The notes under the pieces are model-generated. The model saw only the letters and a program-made list of their open reading frames with translations, did no database searches and was not told where the DNA came from. A program made the position numbers and the translations under genes. From positions 192,001 to 256,000 of the forward strand of contig OY969814.1 of the NCBI GenBank assembly GCA_963703345.1: DNA of 64,000 bases, read 5' to 3'. Origin of the DNA: an uncultured Chloroflexia bacterium (GTDB lineage Bacteria; Chloroflexota; Dehalococcoidia; DSTF01; JALHUB01). Below, one piece after another: positions 1 through 9,655 of the stretch. The stretch's first letter is position 1, and each line of letters opens with the position of its first letter.

Positions 1-146
1 TCTTCCAGGAGCTCGATTGCCGGAGGCGATACCGCCTCGTGGACGTATCCACAGGAGAGGCAACTGCTGTAGGTTCCGTACCAGTCTCTCTCAGCGATCA
101 TTGAACCCCGGCAACGCGGGCAGACTCGAGGCAGCGTCGATTCCAT
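1..146 (-). CDS. small zinc-ribbon protein (3' end runs off the window)
   Basis: Not in the ORF track. Manual translation gives MESTLPRVCPRCRGSMIAERDWYGTYSSCLSCGYVHEAVSPPAIELLE with two CxxC pairs. GGAGG RBS lies 8 nt before the ATG. Confidence 0.8.
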   Translation of the reverse strand, partial: MESTLPRVCPRCRGSMIAERDWYGTYSSCLSCGYVHEAVSPPAIELLE

Positions 147-190
147 CTAGTTTTCCTCCGGCAATACTACTCTGTGAACTGCTGGTCGAG

Positions 191-312
191 TCCCTTCGCT
201 GCCTCCGAGGTTAGCTGTCGGGTTCGGGTTGAAAGGCCACCCTACCCGCTCCTCGCGGGATTCACCCCTAGAACGTGGTTCCCCCGTTCCCAAGAGGGTT
301 TCGGCACTCATA
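191..312 (-). ncRNA. cyclic di-AMP riboswitch (ydaO/yuaA family)
   Basis: Minus strand reads GCCGAAACCC..GGGAACGGGGGAACC..GGGGTGAATCCCGC..GCGGGTAGGG..CCCGAACCCGACAGCTAACCTCGGAGGC..GAAGGGA, matching the hallmark ydaO blocks in order. Confidence 0.92.
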
Positions 313-346
313 TCAGGCAGTCATAACCAGCGAAACAACCGCCTTT

Positions 347-375
347 ATTATATGTTCCGCTTCCCTGCCCGTCAA
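347..375 (-). promoter_or_regulatory. sigma70-type promoter of the riboswitch transcript
   Basis: TTGACG-N17-TATAAT on the minus strand just upstream of the aptamer. Confidence 0.85.
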
Positions 376-399
376 CTTCCGGTAAGTACCCGTCGTGAG

Positions 400-1191
400 C
401 TACATCACCGAAGCGGTAATTCCACCGTCAACCTGGATTGTGGCCCCGGTTATCTGCCGCGCCGGCTCCGAAGCAAGGAACACGACAAGCGCCGCAACGT
501 CCTCGGCGCTGCCCATGTGCCCGAGAGGAATGCGCTTGTTCTCCTCGGCCGCTATCTCGTCGTAGGGACGCCCTTCCGCCTCGGCCCGCGACCGCATGAG
601 CGATTCCATCCTCGCTGTAAGCGTGGGTCCCGGGCAGACGTTGTTCACGAGGATGTTGTCCGGCCCCAACTCTCGCGACAGTGTCTTGGCAAGGCCCACT
701 ACAGCGAGGCGAGCCGAGTTCGAGAGAATGAGGCCGTCGAGGGGCTGCTTGACGGCGTACGAGGTGATGTTGATGATTCTGCCGCCGCCCTGCTTCCTCA
801 GGTGCGGCAGCGCGGCACGGATGGTGCGAACGGCGCTCAGGAAGTTCTGGTCCAAGGCCGCCTGCCAGGCCTCGTCGGCGTGGCGCTCAAAAGCGCCGAA
901 GGGCGGACCGCCGGCATTGTTCACGACGATGTCCAATCGGCCGAATCGCTTGACCGTCTCCGCCACGAAACGTTCGATGTCCGCCGCCCGCGACATGTCG
1001 CAGACCACGGGCAAAGCGTCCAGTCCGCCGGCTAATCGGATCTCTCCCGCCGCCTCAATAAGCGGCTGCTCATTGCGCCCACAGATCGCGACGCGGCAGC
1101 CCTCTCTGGCAAGACCCATCGCAACGGCTTTGCCTATGCCTCGACTCGCTCCGCCGACGAGAGCGACTTTTCCCTTGAGTCCCAGTTCCAT
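400..1191 (-). CDS. SDR family oxidoreductase (3-oxoacyl-ACP reductase-like)
   Basis: GGASRGIG Rossmann motif, NNAG, and typical SDR C-terminus ITGATIQVDGG. The canonical YxxxK is replaced (SNSAR). Confidence 0.85.
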   Translation of the reverse strand: MELGLKGKVALVGGASRGIGKAVAMGLAREGCRVAICGRNEQPLIEAAGEIRLAGGLDALPVVCDMSRAADIERFVAETVKRFGRLDIVVNNAGGPPFGAFERHADEAWQAALDQNFLSAVRTIRAALPHLRKQGGGRIINITSYAVKQPLDGLILSNSARLAVVGLAKTLSRELGPDNILVNNVCPGPTLTARMESLMRSRAEAEGRPYDEIAAEENKRIPLGHMGSAEDVAALVVFLASEPARQITGATIQVDGGITASVM

Positions 1192-1227
1192 TGCAATCCC
1201 TCACTGAAACAAGTCGAATTTGAACAG

Positions 1228-1902
1228 CTAGTCCAATAGCTCGGCTACCCGCTGCCAAATGATGCGGGCAACCTTTTCCGGCGACGAGGTGGCATCGACG
1301 ACCAGCCAGCGCTCGGGCTGAACGGTGACGAGCTCTTGAAAGCCCCGCCGGACGCGCTCGTGAAACTCCCTGCTCTCGCCGCCGATAGCATCCTCCGCCT
1401 CGTCTCCTGCCGCCTTGCGACCGAGGCCGTCGTCCACAGGGATGTCCAGCAGGACCGAGAGGTCAGGTAGCAGCCCGTCTGCGGCGAGATCGCAGGCCTT
1501 CCGAACGGCTTCGACGTCGAGCCCGCGCCCGTAGCCCTGATAAGCAATCGTGGAAGCGCTGTAGCGATCGCAGATGACGATTGTCCCCTTCTCTAGGGCG
1601 GGACGTATGACTTCCGACAACAATTGAGCGCGCGCGGCCAGGAAAAGAAACAGCTCGGCCGCGGCGGCGAGATCAAGGGCGGCAGGCGCGGCGATCGGAG
1701 AACGGCTCCTGCCCGGCGGACGGAGAATGATTTCGCGCAAATGCTCGCCGAGAGAGGTACCGCCGGGCTCCCGCGTAAGAACAACATCGCGACCAAGCGC
1801 CCGCAAACGTTCCTGGAGCACCAGGGCTTGCGTGGTCTTGCCGGCGCCTTCGCCGCCTTCGAAAGCGATGAAAAGGGCTCTTCGCTGCGTCATCTCGGGC
1901 AT
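1228..1902 (-). CDS. tmk: thymidylate kinase
   Basis: FEGGEGAGKTT P-loop, TREPGGT and CDRY..S..AYQG motifs. Confidence 0.95.
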   Translation of the reverse strand: MPEMTQRRALFIAFEGGEGAGKTTQALVLQERLRALGRDVVLTREPGGTSLGEHLREIILRPPGRSRSPIAAPAALDLAAAAELFLFLAARAQLLSEVIRPALEKGTIVICDRYSASTIAYQGYGRGLDVEAVRKACDLAADGLLPDLSVLLDIPVDDGLGRKAAGDEAEDAIGGESREFHERVRRGFQELVTVQPERWLVVDATSSPEKVARIIWQRVAELLD

Positions 1903-1915
1903 CAGGGCGCGGGCC

Positions 1916-3472
1916 TCACTCTTCCTCGTCCGAAGAGGGTGAGCCGTCCTCGCGAAAAATGCGCACTCTTCGCTGGGGCTCGCGGCCGGAGCTGCGGGAA
2001 GAGAGGCTGTACTTCTGCGCGAGCTGATGCTGAAGACGCCGAATGTAGGAGTTCTGGGGCGCGAGCTCGATCTCGCCGTCGCTGGCCATCACCTGCGAAA
2101 TGGCCGTCTCCGCCTCCTGGAGGGCTGCGGCGACAGGATCGAAGCGCCCCTGGTCGCCGCGCAGCGAGAGAAGGCTTTGCTCCATCTGCGAGATCGTGTT
2201 GCTTCTGAGGACGTAGACCGGAAGACCGCGCGCTTCAGCCTCGCGTAGCGCCTGCGGCTTGCGGCGGTAGAACGTGCGAAGCGTCACTACTACGTCCGCT
2301 TCGCCCAGGCTCTCACTGACGACGGCCGGCGACGCTGTCTGCCGAATCGCCTGCTCCAAACGCTTTTTCGATATGCCGAAGGGGTAGACCCGTCGCGTGA
2401 GGCTCACCGGACGGCTGGGCTGCGCTGCGCCCCACGTCTCGAGGTCGCCTCCCTCGCCGTGGAGCTCGGCGGCGGTCAGGTGGCGCACCTTGCCCTCCGA
2501 GTCCATCTCCCTCACCTCGGCGGGCACTTGGAAGCCGCGCAGGATCGCATCGACGGTCTCCGCGACGTTCTGGTGCACGGCCACGCGGTCGAACGTCTGA
2601 ATCTCAACAACAACGTCGAAGGTCGGCGGTGCCTTCCGTTCGAGGATGGACTTCTGGGTGCCGCGGCGGCGCGCCTCCTCGTCGCCCAACGTCACCGATT
2701 GGATGCCGCCGATGAGATCGGACAGCGTTGGGTTCATCATCAGATTCTCCAGCATATTGCCGTGAGCGGTGGCGACGAGTTGTACACCCCTCTCAGCGAT
2801 CGTACGGGCGGCGGCGGCCTCCAGCTCCGTTCCTATCTCGTCGATGACGATGACCTCCGGCATGTGGTTCTCCACCGCCTCAATCATCACAGCGTGCTGG
2901 CGGTCCGGCGTCGTGACCTGCATTCGGCGGGCGCTGCCAATGGCGGGATGCGGGATGTCGCCATCACCGGCTATCTCATTTGAGGTGTCGACGATTATGA
3001 CGCGCTTGTTCATGTCGTCTGCCAGAACGCGCGCAACCTCGCGCAGCATGGTCGTCTTGCCCACACCCGGCCGCCCGAGCAGCAACGTGCTACGGCCGAT
3101 GCGAATGATGTCTTCGATGACGCGGATGGTGCCGAAAACGGCGCGGCCGACGCGACAGGTCAGACCGACGATGCGCCCCCGTCGATTACGGATGGCGGAT
3201 ATGCGATGCAGCGTCCGCTCTATTCCAGCGCGATTGTCGTCGCCAAACTCGCCGACCCGCGCCGCCACGTGGTCGATATCCTCCTGGCTGACTTCGATGT
3301 TGCTGAGGATGACTTCCCTTCCAGGATAGCGCGCCTCAGGCAGGCGCCCCAGGTCAAGCACGACTTCCAGCAGGTCATGGTTGTCGGGCTGCTGCCTGAG
3401 GGAGGTGCTTATGACGGGAGGCAGAGCTTCGATGAAGGCGTCGAGGTCATCCGTAATGTGCTTTTCCACCAT
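1916..3472 (-). CDS. SpoIIIAA/Ycf45-like AAA+ ATPase with C-terminal R3H domain
   Basis: GRPGVGKTT Walker A, VIDEIG Walker B, EAVENHMP, and C-terminal RRLQH R3H motif. Confidence 0.85.
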   Translation of the reverse strand: MVEKHITDDLDAFIEALPPVISTSLRQQPDNHDLLEVVLDLGRLPEARYPGREVILSNIEVSQEDIDHVAARVGEFGDDNRAGIERTLHRISAIRNRRGRIVGLTCRVGRAVFGTIRVIEDIIRIGRSTLLLGRPGVGKTTMLREVARVLADDMNKRVIIVDTSNEIAGDGDIPHPAIGSARRMQVTTPDRQHAVMIEAVENHMPEVIVIDEIGTELEAAAARTIAERGVQLVATAHGNMLENLMMNPTLSDLIGGIQSVTLGDEEARRRGTQKSILERKAPPTFDVVVEIQTFDRVAVHQNVAETVDAILRGFQVPAEVREMDSEGKVRHLTAAELHGEGGDLETWGAAQPSRPVSLTRRVYPFGISKKRLEQAIRQTASPAVVSESLGEADVVVTLRTFYRRKPQALREAEARGLPVYVLRSNTISQMEQSLLSLRGDQGRFDPVAAALQEAETAISQVMASDGEIELAPQNSYIRRLQHQLAQKYSLSSRSSGREPQRRVRIFREDGSPSSDEEE

Positions 3473-3499
3473 CGCCTCTCTTGGGGATGAGCCGGGCAT

Positions 3500-4432
3500 C
3501 TAGACAGCCGGAGCCAGTTGCGGCGCGCTTGCGGTAACTGCTGTCCGCTTGACAAGAGCCGCGTACTCAGGCCCCGCATCGAAGCCGCGTTTCAGAAGAG
3601 CATGGCTGAGCTGACTGCCGGACTTGGGAACGAGCGTCAGGACTCGCTTGCCGCCGAACTGCCTGAGCGCCACGTCGAGCAAGGCCTCATGACGTGGCTC
3701 TGACGGGCGCACCAGCAGATCGAAATGAACGGAGTCCGCCTCGGTCGCCGAGCGAACCCAGGCAACGAGCTGTCCTTCGCGATGCGCCACCTGCTGCGAT
3801 ACGCGTCCGACGAGCCAGCTTCGGTCCTGCGAAGCCTTCCATTCGCTGAAAGTCGCTGCCTCGGCGCGCCGGGCCGCCTCCGGCATAGACGCGAGATACA
3901 ACTCGAACAGCGAGAAGTCATCGGCGCGCACGGCTTTGCGGAAAGGCGGAAGGCCCTCGTAGTTGGCGATCAGGATTGTCGGCGAGGAGGAGGTGAAGAG
4001 CATCTCTCGCTGGTACTCAACGAAGCCGAGCCGATGAGCGAGAGGCCGCACGTAGCTGTCGACCGATAGCCGCAAGAACACCTTCTCGACGCCGCAGCGT
4101 CCCGCTTCCTTTAGCGATTGCTCGAGCAGCCCGAGGCAGACCGAGTCATCGTCCTCACTGGCGTTTATCACGCAGTCCAGTTCCCAGGCGCAGTTCGTCC
4201 CGCGCCGCCTGGCCGACACAAGGCCGCGCAGCGTCGCTCCCCTGACGCTGATCCAGGTATGACAGCCGGTGGCGAATGAGAACCACTGCTCCAGGGCGCG
4301 CTCCAGCGGATGCGGCGCGGAATTCGTCCGACCGATGCGCTCTCGCGTCTTCGCCTCGTTCGGAAAGACCCGTCCGTCGAAGGAGACGAGGGCTACGAGG
4401 TCCGTTGGCCGTACTGCTCTTGGACGTGTCAT
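3500..4432 (-). CDS. hypothetical protein, probable tandem GNAT-fold
   Basis: ATG at 4432 overlaps the pdxT stop. GNAT-like segments RAVRPTDL, HRLGF and LKRGF. Confidence 0.6.
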   Translation of the reverse strand: MTRPRAVRPTDLVALVSFDGRVFPNEAKTRERIGRTNSAPHPLERALEQWFSFATGCHTWISVRGATLRGLVSARRRGTNCAWELDCVINASEDDDSVCLGLLEQSLKEAGRCGVEKVFLRLSVDSYVRPLAHRLGFVEYQREMLFTSSSPTILIANYEGLPPFRKAVRADDFSLFELYLASMPEAARRAEAATFSEWKASQDRSWLVGRVSQQVAHREGQLVAWVRSATEADSVHFDLLVRPSEPRHEALLDVALRQFGGKRVLTLVPKSGSQLSHALLKRGFDAGPEYAALVKRTAVTASAPQLAPAV

Positions 4433-5046
4433 AACGCAGTGGAGGCCACTCTCTCCCGTTTCGCGGCGCCGGTCGCGGCCGTGGCGACGATCTCGACGAA
4501 GTAGCGGTGAAAACGGAGATCCGCCGTAAGCTCTGGGTGAAACGTCGTGCCGAGGACGTTGCCTTGCCGGACGGCGACCACTCTGTCGCGAACTCGCGCC
4601 AGGCAGTCCACCTCCGGTCCGAGATCGGTGACGATGGGCGGCCGTATGAAAACGGCCCAAAACGGTGCCGCGCCCAGGACGGGAACGTCGATGTCCGTCT
4701 CGAAGCTGTCGACCTGGCGCCCCCAGCCGTTTCGCTCGACGGAGATATCGACGGCGTTCAGAGTGGGAAAGGGCATGTCCGTCGACCGGCGGGCGAGGAT
4801 TATCATGCCGGCGCAGGTGCCCCAGACAGGCAGGCCCTTCGCGATCATTCGCGATAGGGGCGAGAAGAGCCGGTATTCCCGCAGGAGATGCGAGATCGTC
4901 GTGCTTTCGCCGCCCGGTATGACGAGCCCGTGGAGCCCCGTCAGTTCTTCAGGCAGCCTAACCTCGGAAGCGGGCACGTCGAGACGGCGGAACGACCGAA
5001 CGTGTTCTGCGAAAGACCCTTGAAGGGCCAGCACGCCGATGCGCAT
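4429..5046 (-). CDS. pdxT: pyridoxal 5'-phosphate synthase glutaminase subunit
   Basis: GVLALQG, PGGEST, GTCAG, FIRPP and FHPE motifs; adjacent to pdxS. Confidence 0.96.
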   Translation of the reverse strand: MRIGVLALQGSFAEHVRSFRRLDVPASEVRLPEELTGLHGLVIPGGESTTISHLLREYRLFSPLSRMIAKGLPVWGTCAGMIILARRSTDMPFPTLNAVDISVERNGWGRQVDSFETDIDVPVLGAAPFWAVFIRPPIVTDLGPEVDCLARVRDRVVAVRQGNVLGTTFHPELTADLRFHRYFVEIVATAATGAAKRERVASTAL

Positions 5047-5062
5047 TATCCCTGGCTGCAAG

Positions 5063-5950
5063 CTACCAGCCCCTGGCGGCGAGGAGTTCCTTTTCCGGTA
5101 TTTTGCTTATCTCGATGCCTACCATCGCTTCTCCCAGTCCTTTGGAGACCTCGGCGATGATCTTTGGGTCATTGTAGTTGGTCACGGCCTTCACAATCGC
5201 CGCGGCGCGGCTCGCCGGGTCTTCCGACTTGAAGATGCCGGAGCCGACGAAGACGCCGTCGGCGCCCAGGTGCATCATCAGGGCGGCGTCGGCGGGAGTA
5301 GCCACCCCACCGGCAGCAAAGTTCACCACGGGCAGGACGCCCGTCTCGTGTATCTCCTTGACGAGGTCGTAGGGGGCGGCCAGCGCCTTCGCCTCCGCCA
5401 TGAGTTCATCCGCCGGCAGGCTCTTGATGCGCCGGACTCCATCCATGACGGCGCGCATGTGGCGCACGGCTTCGACAACGTTACCCGTTCCCGCTTCGCC
5501 CTTGGTGCGGATCATCGCCGCGCCTTCGCCGATTCGGCGCAGCGCCTCTCCAAGGTCGCGACAGCCGCAGACGAAGGGAACTGTAAAGCCGTGCTTATCG
5601 ACGTGGTTCGCTTCGTCGGCCGGCGTAAGGACCTCGGACTCGTCGATGTAGTCGACGCCCAGCGCCTCCAGGACGCGGGCCTCGACGAAGTGGCCGATGC
5701 GGCATTTTGCCATGACAGGGATTGTAACAGCGGCGATGATGCGCTCGATAACGCCGGGGTCAGCCATCCGCGCGACGCCGCCCGCCGCCCTGATGTCGGC
5801 CGGTACGCGCTCCAGCGCCATAACGGCGCAGGCTCCCGCCTCTTCGGCTATCTTGGCCTGCTCGGGCGTAACCACGTCCATGATGACGCCACCCTTGAGC
5901 ATCTGGGCCAGGCCTCTCTTCACAGCCCACGTTCCCTTGGTTTCGGCCAT
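5063..5950 (-). CDS. pdxS: pyridoxal 5'-phosphate synthase lyase subunit
   Basis: [27 protein letters not shown] and C-terminal RGW. Confidence 0.98.
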   Translation of the reverse strand: MAETKGTWAVKRGLAQMLKGGVIMDVVTPEQAKIAEEAGACAVMALERVPADIRAAGGVARMADPGVIERIIAAVTIPVMAKCRIGHFVEARVLEALGVDYIDESEVLTPADEANHVDKHGFTVPFVCGCRDLGEALRRIGEGAAMIRTKGEAGTGNVVEAVRHMRAVMDGVRRIKSLPADELMAEAKALAAPYDLVKEIHETGVLPVVNFAAGGVATPADAALMMHLGADGVFVGSGIFKSEDPASRAAAIVKAVTNYNDPKIIAEVSKGLGEAMVGIEISKIPEKELLAARGW

Positions 5951-6086
5951 ACTGAATCAACCTCCTGGTGAGCAGGACGTTTCTACGTTTGATTGTACTA
6001 CCAGAATCAGCAGCGACGCAACTTGGTTGATAGTGCGTAAAAGTATATGAATGCAAGGAAAAGACGCGCGGCTCCTCTCTCCGATT

Positions 6087-6115
6087 TGACGATGCCGACG
6101 GCAAAGTCTACAATT
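6087..6115 (+). promoter_or_regulatory. sigma70-type promoter upstream of the USP-trkA operon
   Basis: TTGACG-N17-TACAAT. Confidence 0.7.
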
Positions 6116-6321
6116 AGTGTTCGATAGTGAGACGTTGCGAACCTCGTAGGAAGCGAGGTTCAACTTTTTGCGTGTCGCGGACGGGAAAGGGGCTCGAAAG
6201 CCGAATCTAGAGGATATTGCGGCTTTTCTCGACGCCAACTTATAATCTGCCAGGCAGAATGATTTCGGCAAGTTCAACCTGGCAGCTACTTAGAGGCAAC
6301 CCTTTGGCATCGCACGATCCG

Positions 6322-6759
6322 ATGGCGAAGCTGAAGACGTTCGTCGTTCCGACGGACGGCTCGGCTGCGAGCATGGAGGCCATAGCAATCGCCTGCAGCT
6401 TCGCCAAGCGCAATAAGGGCAAGGTCTATGTGGTGCACGTTATCGAGGTAAAGCGCTCTCTTCCACTGGACGCGGACCTCAGCGAGGAGGCGGCCCGCGG
6501 CGAGGAGATCCTTGCCCAGGCGGAAAAAGTCGCCGAGACTCAGGATTTCGAGGTCGAAGGGGAGTTGTTGCAGTCGCGTGAGGCCGGCCACGCCGTCGTC
6601 GACGAAGCCGCGGAACGGAGAGCGGACGTGCTGCTGGTGGGGATGGAAGCGGAAGGGCCGTTCGGAGGATTTCAGGCGGGCCGCCTGCCGCAGTACGTTC
6701 TGAAGAACGCGCCCTGCCGGGTGTGGCTGTGGCGTTCCATAGCTGAAGGGACGGCATGA
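6322..6759 (+). CDS. universal stress protein (USP)
   Basis: VVPTDGS N-terminus and C-terminal YVLKNAPCRV typical of UspA. Stop overlaps the next ATG. Confidence 0.88.
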   Translation: MAKLKTFVVPTDGSAASMEAIAIACSFAKRNKGKVYVVHVIEVKRSLPLDADLSEEAARGEEILAQAEKVAETQDFEVEGELLQSREAGHAVVDEAAERRADVLLVGMEAEGPFGGFQAGRLPQYVLKNAPCRVWLWRSIAEGTA

Positions 6760-7211
6760 AAGTCATCATTATGGGCTGCGGGCGCCGGGGCGCCGCCCTG
6801 GCAACGATGCTCGACGCGGAAGGGCATGACGTCACTGTCCTGGACGTCGATGCCGCAGCCTTCAGCTTTCTCCCCGATAGTTTCGCAGGCACCGAGATAG
6901 TGGGAAACGGCACGGATGAGGACTCGCTGCGACGGGCAGGAATCGAACAAGCGGATGCCTTCGTCTGCACGACGCGGGGGGACAACCGAAACGTGATGGC
7001 GGCGCAGATGGCGAAGCATATCTTCAACGTGTCGCGAGTCATCACGCTCGTCCACGACCCCATTCGCGAGGAGATGTACAGTTCCCTTGGCCTGCGCACA
7101 GTGAGCCCAACGCGGATTGTGGCGCGCTCGCTGCGGGAAGCTATCCTCGCGGAGGACGCCAGCGAAGAGGCAGGCGCCGCGGAAGAGCTGCCCGCGGGAA
7201 GCGAGGGGTAG
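6756..7211 (+). CDS. trkA: TrkA/KtrA family K+ uptake regulatory protein (RCK_N only)
   Basis: IIMGCGRRG, GNGTD, AGIEQAD and GDNRN motifs. Confidence 0.85.
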   Translation: MKVIIMGCGRRGAALATMLDAEGHDVTVLDVDAAAFSFLPDSFAGTEIVGNGTDEDSLRRAGIEQADAFVCTTRGDNRNVMAAQMAKHIFNVSRVITLVHDPIREEMYSSLGLRTVSPTRIVARSLREAILAEDASEEAGAAEELPAGSEG

Positions 7212-7215
7212 CAGC

Positions 7216-7896
7216 GTGTATATCATCGTCGTCGGCGGCGGCAAGATCGGCTATTTCCTGGCCCGACAGCTCCTCGAAGACCAGCACGAGGTGCTGATCG
7301 TCGAGCAGAACACCGAAAAGGCCGCCCAGATCGCCGAAGACCTGGGGGAGATCGTGATGGTCGGAGACGGCTGCGAGGCCGCGACGATGGAACGGGCGGG
7401 AATGGCGCGTGCTGACATGGCGATCGCTCTGACGGGCGACGACGAGGACAATCTCGTCGTCTGTCAGGTGGCCAAACACAAGTTCAGCGTCCCCTTCACC
7501 ATCGCCCGGATAAACAATCCCAAGAACGAGCGCATTTTCAAGATGCTCGGCATCAACGCCACCATAAGCTCAACCGGCGTCATCCTGGCGCAGATCGAGC
7601 AGGAGTTGCCCTCTCATCCGATGATCCCGCTGCTCACGCTCAAGGGCGGGGGCCTGGAGATCGTCGAGGTCAAGATACCGCCGGAGTCCCAGGTAGTCGG
7701 CAAGCCGGTAAAGCAGCTCCTGTTGCCGCAGAAGTCGCTGATAACGCTCATCATCGGCGCGGATGGACAACCCAGGCTGCCGACGAGCGACACGGTAATC
7801 CAGGCCGGAGACGAAGTCGTGGCGGTGACGATGCTGGACAGCGAAGAGGCGCTACGCTCAGCGCTCGCGGGCGTCTCCAGCGCACGACGATTCTAG
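7216..7896 (+). CDS. trkA: TrkA/KtrA family protein (RCK_N + RCK_C)
   Basis: GTG start, VGGGKIG, TGDDEDNL and a C-terminal RCK_C domain (VVGK..IQAGD). Confidence 0.88.
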   Translation: MYIIVVGGGKIGYFLARQLLEDQHEVLIVEQNTEKAAQIAEDLGEIVMVGDGCEAATMERAGMARADMAIALTGDDEDNLVVCQVAKHKFSVPFTIARINNPKNERIFKMLGINATISSTGVILAQIEQELPSHPMIPLLTLKGGGLEIVEVKIPPESQVVGKPVKQLLLPQKSLITLIIGADGQPRLPTSDTVIQAGDEVVAVTMLDSEEALRSALAGVSSARRF

Positions 7897-7906
7897 GCGG
7901 CCCGAC

Positions 7907-8746
7907 ATGATCAAGCGCGTCGCCTATCTCGGGCCGGCCGGCACTTTCAGTGAGCAAGCAGGCCTCCTCCACGACCCGCAGGCCCAACTGGTCCCTTTCA
8001 GCACAATGGCCGCTGTCGCCACGGCCGTCGCCTCGGGCATGGCTGACGAAGGCGTGATGGCCATCGAGAACAGCCTCGAAGGCTCCGTCACCGATACGCT
8101 CGACGTGCTGATCCACGATTCGGCGCTGCTGATAAGGCGGGAGTTGGTACTGCCCATCGAGCACTGCCTGCTGGCAAAGACGGGAGTGGCAGCGGAGCAA
8201 ATCGACCTGATCTATTCTCATCCGCAGGTGCTGGGTCAATGCCGTCGCTTCCTGGAACGCTGCTTTCCCAAAGCGCCGGTCGAGGCCTCGCTTTCGACGA
8301 CGGCGGCAGTCGAGCAGATGCTGCAACGAGACGGGAGCGCGGCAATCGCGGGCGTGAGAGCGGCGGAGCTTTACGGCGCGCAGGTGGTAGCGCGCGGAAT
8401 CCAGGACAATCAGAGCAACGAGACTCGGTTTGTCGTGGTGGCGGCGGAAGACAGCCCGCAGACGGGCCACGACAAGACCTCATTCGCCTTCTCAGTTGCG
8501 CAGGACCGGCCTGGCAGCCTCGTCGACGCCCTGCACGAGTTCTCGCAGCGGCAGATCAACCTGACTAAGATCGAATCGCGCCCCACAAAGCAGGAGCTGG
8601 GCAGGTACGTCTTCCTGGTGGACCTGGAAGGCCACCGAAGCGACGCCAAGGTGGCCGATGCGCTGGAGAGGGTGAAAGCGCAGGCCTACTTCTTCAAGGT
8701 GTTCGGCTCCTATCCCCGCTTCGATACAGCGGACGCCTCACGCTAG
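7907..8746 (+). CDS. pheA: prephenate dehydratase
   Basis: YLGPAGTFS, ENSLEGSV, SHPQ, TRF and an ACT domain (LTKIESRP). Confidence 0.95.
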   Translation: MIKRVAYLGPAGTFSEQAGLLHDPQAQLVPFSTMAAVATAVASGMADEGVMAIENSLEGSVTDTLDVLIHDSALLIRRELVLPIEHCLLAKTGVAAEQIDLIYSHPQVLGQCRRFLERCFPKAPVEASLSTTAAVEQMLQRDGSAAIAGVRAAELYGAQVVARGIQDNQSNETRFVVVAAEDSPQTGHDKTSFAFSVAQDRPGSLVDALHEFSQRQINLTKIESRPTKQELGRYVFLVDLEGHRSDAKVADALERVKAQAYFFKVFGSYPRFDTADASR

Positions 8747-8764
8747 ACATCGAGGATCGAGGCC

Positions 8765-9574
8765 GTGCCGGAGCTGCCCGACCTGGAGGCCACCCGCAAC
8801 TTACTCAACAAGCGCCTGCCCGGCGTCCGCGTTCAGGCGGCGCTTACCCTGATTCCCTTCGTGGTTCGCATGCCTTCGGCGGAGTTCGTGTCCGCGATGG
8901 AGGGCAACAGTTTCGAGGAGACGGGACGAAAGGGGAAGTTTCTTCTCATCGGGCTGAAAGACGGCCATCAACTCGTCATCAATTCCATGCTCACCGGCCG
9001 CCTTCAATATTGCCCAACGTCACAAAAGCGGCGGGCGAAAACCTGCTTCGTCCTTTCGTTGGAAGACGGGCATGACCTGCGCTACGTCGATCAGCGTCTG
9101 ATGGGGAAGGTTTACCTCGTCAAGGACGATGAGCTCGACCGCGTTCCCCAGTTCGCGGAGATGGGGCCAGATGCGCTGTCACCGAAGCTCACCGAATCGC
9201 TATTTGCGGAACGTCTCGCGCGCCACAACGGACAGATAAAGAACGTACTGACGAACCAGAAGTTCATCGCCGGCATCGGGAACGCCTATTCCGACGAAAT
9301 CCTCTTCGTAGCCAGGTCCAACCCTTTTCGAAAGCGTTCCACTCTCAGCGAGGACGATGCCCGAAGGCTATACCGCTCGATGTGTGAGGTGTTCGCCTGG
9401 GCGACCCCGCTCGTGGAGGAGGCAATACAGGAAGAGCTGCCGCTGGAGGAGGTGCGCTATTTCATGCGAGTGCATCGTCGCGGCGGCGAGGCATGTCCCA
9501 ACTGCGGCAGCCGCATCACGGACATCACGGCCGGGAACCGCGTGACGAGCTTCTGCCGTCACTGTCAGGTCTGA
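8765..9574 (+). CDS. Fpg/Nei family DNA glycosylase
   Basis: N-terminal PELP, H2TH motif AGIGNAYSDEILF and C-terminal CxxC..CxxCQ zinc finger. Confidence 0.92.
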   Translation: MPELPDLEATRNLLNKRLPGVRVQAALTLIPFVVRMPSAEFVSAMEGNSFEETGRKGKFLLIGLKDGHQLVINSMLTGRLQYCPTSQKRRAKTCFVLSLEDGHDLRYVDQRLMGKVYLVKDDELDRVPQFAEMGPDALSPKLTESLFAERLARHNGQIKNVLTNQKFIAGIGNAYSDEILFVARSNPFRKRSTLSEDDARRLYRSMCEVFAWATPLVEEAIQEELPLEEVRYFMRVHRRGGEACPNCGSRITDITAGNRVTSFCRHCQV

Positions 9575-9603
9575 CGACACTGCCTTCGCCTGACGCGGGC
9601 GAA

Positions 9604-9632
9604 TAAGAAACGGCCCTTTCCGGCCGTTCTCC
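9604..9632. terminator. hairpin between convergent fpg and HNH genes
   Basis: AACGGCC-ctttcc-GGCCGTT inverted repeat. Confidence 0.5.
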
Positions 9633-9655
9633 TTCTTCCAGACTGAGAATCGCTT

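Noticed and set aside
6134-6169. SRP RNA (AGGAAGC-containing loop)
   Set aside because: It lacks the CAGG/GNRA/AGCAG helix-8 arrangement, so it is kept only as an unclassified hairpin.
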